A stretch of DNA of 23,350 bases from Anaerolinea sp. Lineage in GTDB: Bacteria > Chloroflexota > Anaerolineae > Anaerolineales > Villigracilaceae. How positions within the stretch are numbered: the first letter of the stretch is position 1; each line of letters begins with the position of its first letter. The translations under genes were made by a program, and so were the position numbers. The notes beneath the pieces were generated by a model. The model was not told the origin of the DNA and searched no databases. It saw only the letters and a list, made by a program, of their open reading frames with translations. The stretch is from positions 1-23,350 of the forward strand of contig JAIFKY010000062.1 in NCBI GenBank assembly GCA_020049345.1, in the 5' to 3' direction. Positions 8,479 through 17,474 of the stretch are shown in pieces.

Positions 8479-9237
8479 ATGCGAAAATCACTTGTTGCCG
8501 GCAATTGGAAAATGAACAAAACCATCGCAGAAACACGCGATCTGGTCTTCAAAATGAGCACGCAACTGCGCGAGATCAACGGCGTTGAAAAAGTCATCTG
8601 CCCGCCGTTCATGTCGCTCATGGCAGCCTCAGCCCTGCTCGAAGGTTCAGGTATTGGCTTGGGCGCGCAAAACATGCACTGGGAAGAAAAAGGCGCGTTC
8701 ACCGGCGAAACCTCACCCGCAATGGTCAAGGAATTATGCGGCTATGTCATTCTTGGGCACTCGGAACGCCGCGCCTACTTCAACGAAACCGATCAGGTTG
8801 TGAATCGGAAATTGCTCGCCGCCCAGGCAATGGACCTGACCCCAATCGTCTGCGTCGGCGAAACGCTGGATCAATACGAATCAAAACTTACCCGTGAGGT
8901 TGTTTCTGCTCAAACGAGCAATAGTCTCAGGGGAGTATCTCCTGCCTATGCCGCGCGCATTATCGTTGCCTACGAGCCTGTCTGGGCTATCGGCACCGGC
9001 AAAGCATCCAACGGATTGGAAGCAAATGCCGTTGTCAAAGATGTCATCCGCCCGGCGCTGGCAGAATTGTTTGGAGAAGAAACCGCGCAAGCCATCCGCG
9101 TACTGTACGGCGGATCAGTCACAGCGACCAACGCCGCCGAGTTCTTTGGTCAGCCTGATATTGACGGCGCGCTCGTTGGCGGCGCAAGCCTGAAAATAGA
9201 CGAATTCGTTGCCATTACAAAAGCCGCAGCAAAATAA
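8479..9237 (+). CDS. tpiA: triosephosphate isomerase
   Basis: The N-terminus is MRKSLVAGNWKMNKT. Blocks ILGHSERR, VAYEPVWAIGTGK and YGGSV are present. The start is 9 nt after the kinase stop. Confidence 0.95.
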   Translation: MRKSLVAGNWKMNKTIAETRDLVFKMSTQLREINGVEKVICPPFMSLMAASALLEGSGIGLGAQNMHWEEKGAFTGETSPAMVKELCGYVILGHSERRAYFNETDQVVNRKLLAAQAMDLTPIVCVGETLDQYESKLTREVVSAQTSNSLRGVSPAYAARIIVAYEPVWAIGTGKASNGLEANAVVKDVIRPALAELFGEETAQAIRVLYGGSVTATNAAEFFGQPDIDGALVGGASLKIDEFVAITKAAAK

Positions 9238-9255
9238 GGCGCTGGACGACAGACC

Positions 9256-9285
9256 GATGAAGGATGAGAGCAACCATCCTTCATC
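9256..9285 (+). terminator. hairpin after tpiA (weak terminator candidate)
   Basis: An 11-bp stem gatgaaggatg/catccttcatc has an 8-nt loop. The downstream sequence attcatcctttgttc is only moderately T-rich. Confidence 0.3.
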
Positions 9286-9303
9286 ATTCATCCTTTGTTC
9301 TCC

Positions 9304-10056
9304 ATGTCTTTCACTGGCTTGTTCTGGTTTATCTTAACCCTCCTGCCGCTGGTATTTCTCCAGCGGCTTTTGCATCGTGAGATTCAAGCCGTTTTTTTAA
9401 TTGTGACGCGCAACCTCCAGTTGACGATTGGCTTGTTCTCGATCTTATTTTTGCCGGGCGTATTTCTGCATGAACTAAGTCATTTTTTGATGGCGAAAAT
9501 ATTGCGCGTGCCAACGGGGAAAACTTCACTCATTCCAAAATCCCTGCCAAATGGACGACTGCAAATGGGGTACGTTGAAACCGCGCAGGCAGACATTGTC
9601 CGCGATTCGCTGATCGGAATTGCGCCGTTGATCGCAGGCTCGTCATTTCTCGCCTACGCAGGCTTGAATAAACTTGGGTTAAGCACGCTGCTGGCTGTGT
9701 TGACAAATGGACAACCTGAATTGTTCTGGATGGGATTAAAACTATTGCCGCAAGTCAACGATTTTTACTTGTGGTTCTACCTTGCATTTGCCGTTTCCAG
9801 CACCATGCTGCCCTCCGAATCAGATCGCCACGCCTGGCTTCCGCTTGGACTATGGACAGCAGGGTTGCTTGCCCTTGCGATCTTCGCTGGCGCAGGCACT
9901 TGGATGCTTGAAAATATTACCCCGTTATTAAATGATTTCCTCGGCTCAGTGGCCACTTTATTTGGATTAAGTGTCGCGCTGCATGTGATACTTTTACTGC
10001 CGACAATGCTTCTTCACCGCATTGCTTCAAAGATCAGCGGGGTGGATGTGAAATAA
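9304..10056 (+). CDS. polytopic membrane protein with an HExxH motif (putative intramembrane zinc metalloprotease, M50/DUF3267-like)
   Basis: There are several predicted TM helices. HELSH occurs within FLPGVFLHELSHFLMAK. ATG 9304 is preferred over TTG 9295. I recognised no other family motif. Confidence 0.5.
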   Translation: MSFTGLFWFILTLLPLVFLQRLLHREIQAVFLIVTRNLQLTIGLFSILFLPGVFLHELSHFLMAKILRVPTGKTSLIPKSLPNGRLQMGYVETAQADIVRDSLIGIAPLIAGSSFLAYAGLNKLGLSTLLAVLTNGQPELFWMGLKLLPQVNDFYLWFYLAFAVSSTMLPSESDRHAWLPLGLWTAGLLALAIFAGAGTWMLENITPLLNDFLGSVATLFGLSVALHVILLLPTMLLHRIASKISGVDVK

Positions 10057-10079
10057 TGGTTTGAGTTGCAAAACACAAC

Positions 10080-11402
10080 CTATTGAATTTCAGGCATGAT
10101 TGCTTTTTTATTAAACCCGTTCCACGCGCGCGTGTTCAAAATCTTTTTGCGTTCCGAAATTTTCTCCACGCGCTTCAACCATTCCGCTTCGGCTTGGGCG
10201 GCTTCGCGGAAGCATTGAGCAGAAAAGTCTGCGCGTTCTGACGCAGAGGCGTTGGTTAAGTTCAAGGCGCCCTGCACGAACTTCCTTTCAAGTTCGTCGC
10301 GGTCGCTGGCGTAGGTTTTTATGCGTTCAGGGTAGTTGATCAACGTGGCGCGATGCAGGCGTTCGTGAGACCAAAACAGGGATGAAGAATCATACGTCGA
10401 AGCAGGATCAGACCCAAGGGGCGGTAATGATGCGTCAATCCACATCGGCTTGAAAATGCTGGTACACGGGGCTGATGTTCCGGTGGCAAAAATGATCGGC
10501 GCGCGGTCATCCAAATAAACGACCATGGATGCAGTGCTTTGGCTGACGCGGACGGGACCAAAACCCGCGTGCATACAAATATCCACATCAAAAATGCTGG
10601 CGGTCTGCGGATCAAAATTTTCATCCTTGTGGTGGCGCAGTGTTTGCATCATTGATTCAATACTGGATTTTTGTCCGCTTAGAATGGCGGTTGTGGTTGC
10701 GCGGCGTATGCGTCCCCTGCCGAAGTTGGTAAAAAGAAAATCAGAATAGTCTTTTGCGTAATTAAATTTCTGGGGTGATTTGGAGAAACCTTTTTGAACT
10801 GCAATCTCAACCAAGCCTGGCGATGCGATATCAAATTGATTGGCAATTGTTAAACAGTTTGAAATGGAATACACATCTTTAATCTGGCGCGCCGCCCATT
10901 GCCTGTCCACAGTTTCAAGCGTCCAGGCATCTTCGGCATTGGCAATTAGAAAACTGTTGTGATAATACATGCTCTCGCCATGCGAGGCGCAATTGCCGCC
11001 CTGACCAAATTGCTCAAGCAGATCAATGATCACTTGCAAAGCTTCGCGCGGGGTTACGGCGCGTTCAAGCGCGGCGCGCAACATATCCATGCCAAGCAGG
11101 GCTGGTTCTTTGTTGGCCGGAACTTTGGAATAAACTGCTTCATTACCAATGACCAGCCCATGCTCGTTGACTCCCATTTCGCCACCCCACATCCAAAAGG
11201 GTTTGGATAAAAGAACTGCGTGAGTTTTTTCAACCTGTGGAATTTCAATATAGGTGCATTTGACACGGCTATTCACCTGATATTGCGCGGCGGGAAAATA
11301 TGCAATATGCTGTCCCTCGTTCACCGGGCGGTCTGAATTTTTTCCAAAGAGGGCGATACCGTTTGATGTGGCAGATTTGGTTGCGATAAGAGTGTCACAC
11401 AT
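10080..11402 (-). CDS. Ntn-hydrolase, peptidase C69/secernin-like (N-terminal nucleophile Cys)
   Basis: The protein begins MCDTLIATKSATSNGIALFGKNSDR, with Cys2 as the putative nucleophile after Met removal. AAGGA SD lies 6 nt upstream. The length of 440 aa is typical for this family. Confidence 0.6.
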   Translation of the reverse strand: MCDTLIATKSATSNGIALFGKNSDRPVNEGQHIAYFPAAQYQVNSRVKCTYIEIPQVEKTHAVLLSKPFWMWGGEMGVNEHGLVIGNEAVYSKVPANKEPALLGMDMLRAALERAVTPREALQVIIDLLEQFGQGGNCASHGESMYYHNSFLIANAEDAWTLETVDRQWAARQIKDVYSISNCLTIANQFDIASPGLVEIAVQKGFSKSPQKFNYAKDYSDFLFTNFGRGRIRRATTTAILSGQKSSIESMMQTLRHHKDENFDPQTASIFDVDICMHAGFGPVRVSQSTASMVVYLDDRAPIIFATGTSAPCTSIFKPMWIDASLPPLGSDPASTYDSSSLFWSHERLHRATLINYPERIKTYASDRDELERKFVQGALNLTNASASERADFSAQCFREAAQAEAEWLKRVEKISERKKILNTRAWNGFNKKAIMPEIQ

Positions 11403-11422
11403 AGGGGGTCCTTAAGCGGCAG

Positions 11423-11452
11423 AGTATAGCATATTCATTTTTTATATTTCAA
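11423..11452 (-). promoter_or_regulatory. sigma-70-like promoter candidate for the Ntn-hydrolase gene
   Basis: On the minus strand: TTGAAA (11447..11452), an 18-nt spacer, then TATACT (11423..11428). The -35 overlaps the stop of the upstream histidine kinase gene. Confidence 0.35.
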
Positions 11453-13320
11453 GTTGAATGCCTTAAGTAAACAATAAATGTAGCGCCTTGATTTAACTCA
11501 CTTTGGACTTCGATCCTTCCGCCCAACTCATCAACGATGGATTTGACAATATAAAGCCCAACGCCGCTGCCCGGAATTTCAGCAACTGTGACATTTCGGG
11601 CGCGATAAAATCGCTCAAACAAATGCGGAATGGCTTCGGGTGGAATGCCAAGCCCGTGATCAGCGATGGAAATACGCACCTCGCCATTCTCACTTTGAGC
11701 CGCCAGCACTTCGATGGTTTTTCCTTCGGGTGAGAATTTGACTGCGTTATTAATAAGGTTAATAAACACTTGCGACAACCCGCCGGCATCGCCAAGAACA
11801 TTAATGGAGGGCTGGTCTGTTTCCAATTTTATGGAAATTTTTCGCGTATTGGCAATTGCTTTTACTGCCTGCACAGATTCTGTCAAAACGGGCAGTAAAT
11901 CCAAGCGAGCCGATTCAAGTTTCATTCTGCCGCTTTCCAAACGCCCCGCCAGCAGTAGTTGATTGATCAAATTCTTCTGGCGATTTAACTCGTGCATCAA
12001 GGTTTCGAGATATTCCGCCATCTCTTCCTGCGTGCCGCCATGCTGCAATAGTTCTGCCATCAAAATGGCGGAGGTTAATGGCGTGCGTAATTCATGCGAA
12101 GCGCGGTTGATAAAATCGGATTTCATCTGATCCAAACGCGCCTGTTCGGTAATATCGCGCACAATGATCAAGGCTTCCTCTGAACTGATGGGGTGCAACC
12201 GCGCTTCGAATACCTGATCGTGATTTGGCAGGCTAAACCCGTACACCCAATGAGCCGCAACAAAAGCGCCCTGCGCTTCTGGATCAATGATCATATTCAC
12301 TACATCCAGCGGCCAAAGTTCAGAGAGTTTGATTCCGATCACCGATTCGCGCGGCAGGTAAAGCGGGTGACTCGGATGAACGCTGTAGTCGAGAATCTGC
12401 CCCAGCAGATCGGTGCGGAGGAGGAGATCAGGCAGCGCATCGACGATAACACGGTTACGCATTTCACTCAGGCGAATGGTTTTTTCGTAGTGCAACCGTT
12501 CCAGCGCGGCGCCGATTAAGTTGGCAGTTGTTTGCACAGCATCAAATTCAGTAGTAAGCCAGGATAATTGATTCTGTTTATCAAATAAGGCAAGAAATCC
12601 CCAAAAGCCCAACATGCCTTGAACGGGAATTACCAGAATGGAAACAAGGGGGATTTCCACGTTATCAATTCTTACGCCGGTCACCGAAAATACGCGCGTG
12701 GGATTCTCGGTAATTGTCTCAAGGAACGGCTCAAGCGCGGTGGTTATGTCGAAAATTGTCGTGTCAAAACTCACCCACTGTGTCTGAATTTTTACGGAAG
12801 ACTTATTAATATCAAGCAGCGCGCAACAAAACACATCCACTGCATATCCCAACGATTCCAGCACTTCGGGGAGTTTTATTTCAATATTGGAAGAGCGGAA
12901 CAAACTTGCGGTCACTTCGCCGATCACCGAAAGCGCGCGCGTATGCCGCTTTAGACTTGCTTCAGATTGCCTGCGTTCCGAGACATCACGCGCCAGCATT
13001 TGAATATAAGCAGGCTGTCCCAGGGCATTATGCACAAAAGACATGCTCAACTCAACAGGCAACATGGAGCCATTTTTTTTCTTTAGCGTATGCTCTGATA
13101 AACTCGAATGTTTTTCAATCAAAACTTCACGCTGATCGACATTTTCAAGCAGCATAATTTCTTCAACGGGCAAGCCTGTTAATTGATGGTCTTCATAGCC
13201 AAGCAATCGCAATGCCTGCGGGTTGGCGGTAATAAGTTTGAAATCCAAACCGATAATGAACACACACTCCCCTGTCTGTTCAAATAGTGCGCGATAATCG
13301 AGGACGGTTTTTTCATCCAT
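11449..13320 (-). CDS. PAS/GAF-domain sensor histidine kinase (cytoplasmic)
   Basis: An N-terminal PAS-like region is followed by a GAF-like middle region. The H-box is RASHELRTPLTSA, the N-box is NLINNAVKFSP, G1 is DHGLGIP and G2 is GSGVGLYIVKS. No TM segment is present. Confidence 0.85.
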   Translation of the reverse strand: MDEKTVLDYRALFEQTGECVFIIGLDFKLITANPQALRLLGYEDHQLTGLPVEEIMLLENVDQREVLIEKHSSLSEHTLKKKNGSMLPVELSMSFVHNALGQPAYIQMLARDVSERRQSEASLKRHTRALSVIGEVTASLFRSSNIEIKLPEVLESLGYAVDVFCCALLDINKSSVKIQTQWVSFDTTIFDITTALEPFLETITENPTRVFSVTGVRIDNVEIPLVSILVIPVQGMLGFWGFLALFDKQNQLSWLTTEFDAVQTTANLIGAALERLHYEKTIRLSEMRNRVIVDALPDLLLRTDLLGQILDYSVHPSHPLYLPRESVIGIKLSELWPLDVVNMIIDPEAQGAFVAAHWVYGFSLPNHDQVFEARLHPISSEEALIIVRDITEQARLDQMKSDFINRASHELRTPLTSAILMAELLQHGGTQEEMAEYLETLMHELNRQKNLINQLLLAGRLESGRMKLESARLDLLPVLTESVQAVKAIANTRKISIKLETDQPSINVLGDAGGLSQVFINLINNAVKFSPEGKTIEVLAAQSENGEVRISIADHGLGIPPEAIPHLFERFYRARNVTVAEIPGSGVGLYIVKSIVDELGGRIEVQSELNQGATFIVYLRHST

Positions 13321-14452
13321 AAAATATATCTTCCGGTCTCAAATCAGGAAGAGTAGCCACCACGTAACAACCCTGCGCAGATTCCAATATTTTCACCTCG
13401 CCGCCCAGGCTGGTAAAAACTGCGCGCGCAACCGTCAAACCAACTCCCAAGCCTTGAAATTCGCGCCCATCGCCCTGACTGACTTGATAAAAACGCTCGA
13501 ATACTTTTTCGCGCAGTTCAACGGGAATGCCAATTCCTTCATCCTGTACCGTAATAACCGCGCCTCCATTTTCGCTCGGCTTAACAGTTAATTTCACCAC
13601 GCCTGACTGTGGGCTGAATTTGAATGCATTATCCACCAAATGCATCACAGACTGGGTAAATTCACGGCGCGGGGCTTTGATCACACCGCTAAAATTAATG
13701 TCGTGGACGAAACTTATGCCCTTTGAATCGTAACGTGCCTGCCTTCTTTTGATGGGCGCCAGAATATGATGCTCCATGTCTATCACCTGGCGCATCATAT
13801 TCAAATTGTTCTGATCAATATCTGCCAGAAGGATGATGTCTGCGATTAATGTTTCCAGACGGTCGGCGCTGGAGTGTGCGATACGCAAAAATTCATTTTG
13901 TTCTTCGGCGGTTTTAAATTTATTATTAACCACCACATCCAGAGACATCATAACGTTGCCCAGTGGCGTGCGTAACTCATGGCTGAAATTTTGCAAGACC
14001 TCTCTGCGAAGTTTCTCCATTTCATCATGCGCGGCCTGCTTTACCTGTTCGCGCCCGCGTTCCTGTTCGGTCTTTACGCGACGCAAAACCGCTTCGATCC
14101 GCGCCACCAATTCTTCGGTGACGAAAGGCTTTGTCACATAATCATCTGCGCCGTCACGCATTCCAGCCACTCGATCTTCAGTGGATGTGCGCGCGGTAAG
14201 AAAGATGAATGGAATGGGCGACAGCAATGGATCCACGCTCATTTGTTGTTTCATCTCAAAACCATTTAGGTCGGGCATCATCACATCCGAGATGATCAAA
14301 TCTGGCAGAGATTGCCTTGCCTTCAAAAAACCATCATCGCCATTAACGGCAGTGATCACACTGTAGCCATAGTGTCCAATCGTCGCGGCAAGCCCCATGC
14401 GAATGGAAGGCTCATCATCTACGATAAGAATGGTAAATTTTTTTTCTTCCAT
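13313..14452 (-). CDS. hybrid response-regulator receiver / histidine kinase
   Basis: The REC domain shows ILIVDDEP, IISDVMMPDLNG and YVTKP. The H-box is FSHELRTPLGNV. ATPase motifs are VDNAFKFSP, DEGIGIP and GLGVGLTVAR. The stop overlaps the start of the next kinase gene by 8 nt. Confidence 0.85.
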   Translation of the reverse strand: MEEKKFTILIVDDEPSIRMGLAATIGHYGYSVITAVNGDDGFLKARQSLPDLIISDVMMPDLNGFEMKQQMSVDPLLSPIPFIFLTARTSTEDRVAGMRDGADDYVTKPFVTEELVARIEAVLRRVKTEQERGREQVKQAAHDEMEKLRREVLQNFSHELRTPLGNVMMSLDVVVNNKFKTAEEQNEFLRIAHSSADRLETLIADIILLADIDQNNLNMMRQVIDMEHHILAPIKRRQARYDSKGISFVHDINFSGVIKAPRREFTQSVMHLVDNAFKFSPQSGVVKLTVKPSENGGAVITVQDEGIGIPVELREKVFERFYQVSQGDGREFQGLGVGLTVARAVFTSLGGEVKILESAQGCYVVATLPDLRPEDIFYG

Positions 14453-14535
14453 GAATTGCCTCTTTTTAGAACATTATACATATTATCAGGACTTCATTAT
14501 CCCCGCATCCCGCCTAATAATCATTGTAATGGCAT

Positions 14536-14712
14536 GACAAATCGTAACTGCTTAGCGTACCGTTATCCGTCCTGACGTAAACGTCAGCGATCATTTACGA
14601 AGCCGCCTGCGGTGGCTTAAGTCTGCGAAGCAGGCTTCGTTATTGAGCGCGGGGGTTCATCCCCGCGCGGAGTTGCAGGAGAAATACCCTCGCTGAGCAG
14701 TTACGACAAATC
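14536..14712. mobile_element. 161-bp MITE-like element (14544..14704) with 14-bp terminal inverted repeats, flanked by an 8-bp direct repeat
   Basis: The putative TSD GACAAATC occurs at 14536..14543 and at 14705..14712. TIR-L is gtaactgcttagcg (14544..14557) and TIR-R is cgctgagcagttac (14691..14704), with 13 of 14 positions complementary. Three internal hairpins are present: 14572..14587, 14597..14640 and 14647..14668. The element has no coding capacity. Confidence 0.65.
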
Positions 14713-14781
14713 TGACGAAAAAAGACAGGGCGAATTGGGAATCTGATCTACTTTGCCACTGAGTATCACCCGTCAACCCGT

Positions 14782-14787
14782 TATAAT
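14782..14787 (+). promoter_or_regulatory. TATAAT -10 box 6 nt upstream of the obg ATG (implies a leaderless transcript)
   Basis: In ccgtTATAATgggggcATG, the last base of the -10 is 14787 and the A of the ATG is 14794. There is no room for an SD. Confidence 0.35.
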
Positions 14788-14793
14788 GGGGGC

Positions 14794-16056
14794 ATGTTTA
14801 TAGATCAAGTTAACATCCACGTAAAATCAGGCAAAGGCGGCGACGGCATGGTGCATTTCCGCCGCGAGAAGTTTGTACCACTTGGCGGACCAGATGGGGG
14901 TGACGGCGGCAGGGGCGGCAATGCCATCTTTGAGGTAAAAGCCACGCTCAATACACTTTCTGCGTTTCGACAAAACGAAAAGTTCGCGGCAGACCCAGGC
15001 AAAAATGGCGGCGGCTCCGAAAAAACCGGTCGCGGCGGAAAAGACCTCATCATCTATGTTCCGCCCGGCACTGTGGTTTATGACGCCGAAACAGGCGACC
15101 TGCTTGGCGACCTGACCGAAGCAGGACAGCAACTATTGGTCTGCAAAGGCGGGCGCGGCGGGCTGGGCAACCAGCACTACGCCACCTCGCGCAACCAGGC
15201 TCCGCGCATGGCAGAACGCGGCGAACCGCACGAAGAGAAACTACTGCGTCTTGAACTCAAACTCATCGCCGATATTGGCATTATTGGATTGCCCAATGCG
15301 GGCAAATCCACTTTGCTTGCGGCGTTGACCAATGCCAAGCCAAAGATCGGCGATTACCCATTCACCACGCTGGAACCCAACCTCGGCGTGGCAAATATTG
15401 ACGATGACACCACCGTGGTCATGGCAGACATTCCAGGCTTGATCGAAGGCGCGGCGGAAGGCGCAGGCTTGGGTCACGACTTTCTGCGTCACATTCAACG
15501 TACCCGTGTATTGATCCACATGGTAGACGGGCTATCCGAAGACCCGCTCGCAGACTTTAGCCAAATCAACAACGAGCTATCGCTCTTCGACACAAAACTT
15601 GGCGACAAACCACAGATCGTGGTACTTAACAAAATTGATCAACCCGATGTGCAGGAACGGCTGAAAGCCATCAAGGCAAGTTTCAAAAAACAAAAAGTGG
15701 AATTGATCACAGCCTCGGCAATGGCGCGTACCAACACACGCGATATTTTAATTGCGGCTTACCGAAAACTGGGTGAAATGCCAATCGAAGAATTGGACGA
15801 AACCCTGCCCGTGTACAAGCCTGAGGTAGACCCAAATCAATTTGAGGTCGCGCAAGAGGAAGACGGCAAGTGGCGCATCACAGGCGTTGCCATCGAACGC
15901 TCGGCAAAAATGACGTACTGGGAGCACGACGGCTCGGTTCGCAGATTCCAAAAACTGATGGAAAGACTCGGTGTGGATAAAGCCCTCAACGAAGCCGGCA
16001 TCGAAGAAGGCGACACCGTATACGTGGGCAATTTTGAATTGGAGTGGAAAGACTAA
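14794..16056 (+). CDS. obg: GTPase Obg/CgtA
   Basis: The N-terminus is the canonical MFIDQVNIHVKSGKGGDGMVHFRREKF. A Gly-rich Obg fold is followed by G1 GLPNAGKST, G3 DIPGLIEGA and G4 NKID. A C-terminal OCT-like domain is present. Confidence 0.95.
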   Translation: MFIDQVNIHVKSGKGGDGMVHFRREKFVPLGGPDGGDGGRGGNAIFEVKATLNTLSAFRQNEKFAADPGKNGGGSEKTGRGGKDLIIYVPPGTVVYDAETGDLLGDLTEAGQQLLVCKGGRGGLGNQHYATSRNQAPRMAERGEPHEEKLLRLELKLIADIGIIGLPNAGKSTLLAALTNAKPKIGDYPFTTLEPNLGVANIDDDTTVVMADIPGLIEGAAEGAGLGHDFLRHIQRTRVLIHMVDGLSEDPLADFSQINNELSLFDTKLGDKPQIVVLNKIDQPDVQERLKAIKASFKKQKVELITASAMARTNTRDILIAAYRKLGEMPIEELDETLPVYKPEVDPNQFEVAQEEDGKWRITGVAIERSAKMTYWEHDGSVRRFQKLMERLGVDKALNEAGIEEGDTVYVGNFELEWKD

Positions 16057-16238
16057 GAGAGCGTTTCTTAAGTCAGACCCTAAGAGATTGTTTAATAATC
16101 CCGCTTTTTGACCACAAAGGCACGAAGTCTCAAAGACTCGAAGGGGAAAACTTTGTGGCTTTGTGTCTTGGTGACTTCGTGGTGAAGTTATTAAACAGTC
16201 TCTTAGGGTCTTTGTCAGCGAGTTAAGAAACAGTCTCA
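16057..16238. repeat. palindromic MITE-like element (copy 1) abutting the obg stop codon
   Basis: The arms are imperfect inverted repeats: gagagcgtttcttaagtcagaccctaagagattgtttaataa (16057..16098) versus ttattaaacagtctcttagggtctttgtcagcgagttaagaaacagtctc (16189..16238). The core contains CACGAAGTC / CACAAAG motifs. Confidence 0.75.
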
Positions 16239-16354
16239 AAGTAGTCGGTTGAAAGGTTTTAGAACACCTTTGGCTTTTCGGGGGCTTAGCCCCCGAAAGA
16301 GCAGGGATGGGTTTTAAAATTATTTTCAACGAGTTACTTAAACCAGAGGAGCCC

Positions 16355-16777
16355 ATGTTTGCACAAAAAAACCTCAAACAACGCGCAATAATAATCAGCC
16401 TCATCATTCTTGGCGTATTATTCACCGCATTCTTTGGAATGCGCGCATTCCGCGCCTTAAAAAAGTTTGATGGGCATGGACCTCCGCCGCGCGAAAAAGT
16501 TGAAACCGATGTTGAATTGATCCGCGAATGGATGACAGTTTCCTTCATCTCAAAAACATACCGCGTCCCTGAAAAAGAAATCTTTGACGCAATCAAGGTT
16601 TCTCCGCTGGGTAGCCACGATAAAAGCTTGAAAGAATTGAATAACGACTACTATCCAGATAAAGATGGATTTGTGATGGACACAGTCAAAGCGGTAGTCC
16701 TCGAAAAACAACCCCCGCCGCAGCCTGATTCTGCTCCGACAGCAGTTTCCACACCGAAAACGCCCGCTGCGCCATAA
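16355..16777 (+). CDS. hypothetical N-terminally anchored membrane protein with a Pro-rich C-terminus
   Basis: GAGGAG precedes ATG 16355. The basic N-terminus MFAQKNLKQR is followed by the TM helix AIIISLIILGVLFTAFFGM. I recognised no family. The track start at 16307 lacks an SD. Confidence 0.5.
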   Translation: MFAQKNLKQRAIIISLIILGVLFTAFFGMRAFRALKKFDGHGPPPREKVETDVELIREWMTVSFISKTYRVPEKEIFDAIKVSPLGSHDKSLKELNNDYYPDKDGFVMDTVKAVVLEKQPPPQPDSAPTAVSTPKTPAAP

Positions 16778-16785
16778 CCCATCAC

Positions 16786-17382
16786 ATGTCTGAATTTTTC
16801 CTCACACAAGTCATTAATTTTGGCGCACCGCTTATAGGGCTTATCCTTTTTCTGGGAGCGCTTGGGTTCCCCGTTGGCGCATCGGTAGTTGTAATTGCAG
16901 CAGGCGCGTTTAGTCAACAAGGTATATTGGACTGGCCCAGCGCAATATTAATTGGGCTGATTGGCGCAGTCATTGGAGATACCCTTAGTTACGGCATTGG
17001 ACATTATGCAAAAGACTGGACACAGCAACGGTTCGGAACCTCCCCCGCCTGGATCAACGCCAGCCAGTCGTTTCAAAACAATGCAGGCTGGGCCATCTAC
17101 CTCACACGCTGGCTGATCACCGCCGTAGCCATCCCCACCAATTTGATTGCGGGTGGAAGCGAATATAAATTTTCACACTTTCTGCTTTATGATTTAACAG
17201 GCGAATTCACCTGGATAGTGCTTTACGGCGGTCTTGGGTATTGGTTTGGCAGTGAATGGGAATTGGTTTACGACTTCATCAGCAACTTTGGCGGTTTGGT
17301 TCTGGGAATAGCCCTGCTTGGCTTTGGCATCAAGCAGGCATGGAACTGGCAGGAAAAGAAAAAACAAGCCTTAGAGACCTGA
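16786..17382 (+). CDS. DedA/VTT-domain family membrane protein
   Basis: The DedA-type motif GDTLSYGIGHYAK is present. There are multiple TM helices and the length is 198 aa. The start is 8 nt after the preceding stop. Confidence 0.7.
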   Translation: MSEFFLTQVINFGAPLIGLILFLGALGFPVGASVVVIAAGAFSQQGILDWPSAILIGLIGAVIGDTLSYGIGHYAKDWTQQRFGTSPAWINASQSFQNNAGWAIYLTRWLITAVAIPTNLIAGGSEYKFSHFLLYDLTGEFTWIVLYGGLGYWFGSEWELVYDFISNFGGLVLGIALLGFGIKQAWNWQEKKKQALET

Positions 17383-17474
17383 GGTTATGCGCGAACAACT
17401 CCGAAGGAGTGAAATGATTATAGATTTGCGAAAAATGGATGAAATAACCCCGAAGGGGTGTCAGGGCTTTTAAC

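Noticed and set aside
14544-14704. The multi-hairpin segment as a known housekeeping RNA (tRNA, tmRNA, SRP, 6S, RNase P) or a riboswitch for obg.
   Set aside because: I could recognise no conserved motifs of those classes. The flanking 8-bp direct repeat plus terminal inverted repeats are better explained by a MITE. A novel structured RNA is kept only as an alternative in the corresponding finding.
16276-16298. The GC-rich hairpin tttcggggg-cttag-cccccgaaa as the obg terminator.
   Set aside because: It is followed by gagcagggatgg rather than a U-tract on the plus strand, and nothing suitable follows on the minus strand. It is probably another small palindromic unit.
15748-16596. A 282-aa minus-strand ORF, the longest unexplained ORF in the track.
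   Set aside because: It runs antisense through the 3' end of the well-supported obg gene, across the palindromic repeat element, and into the start of the next plus-strand gene. It has no SD and a low-complexity, repeat-derived translation. It is a spurious ORF.
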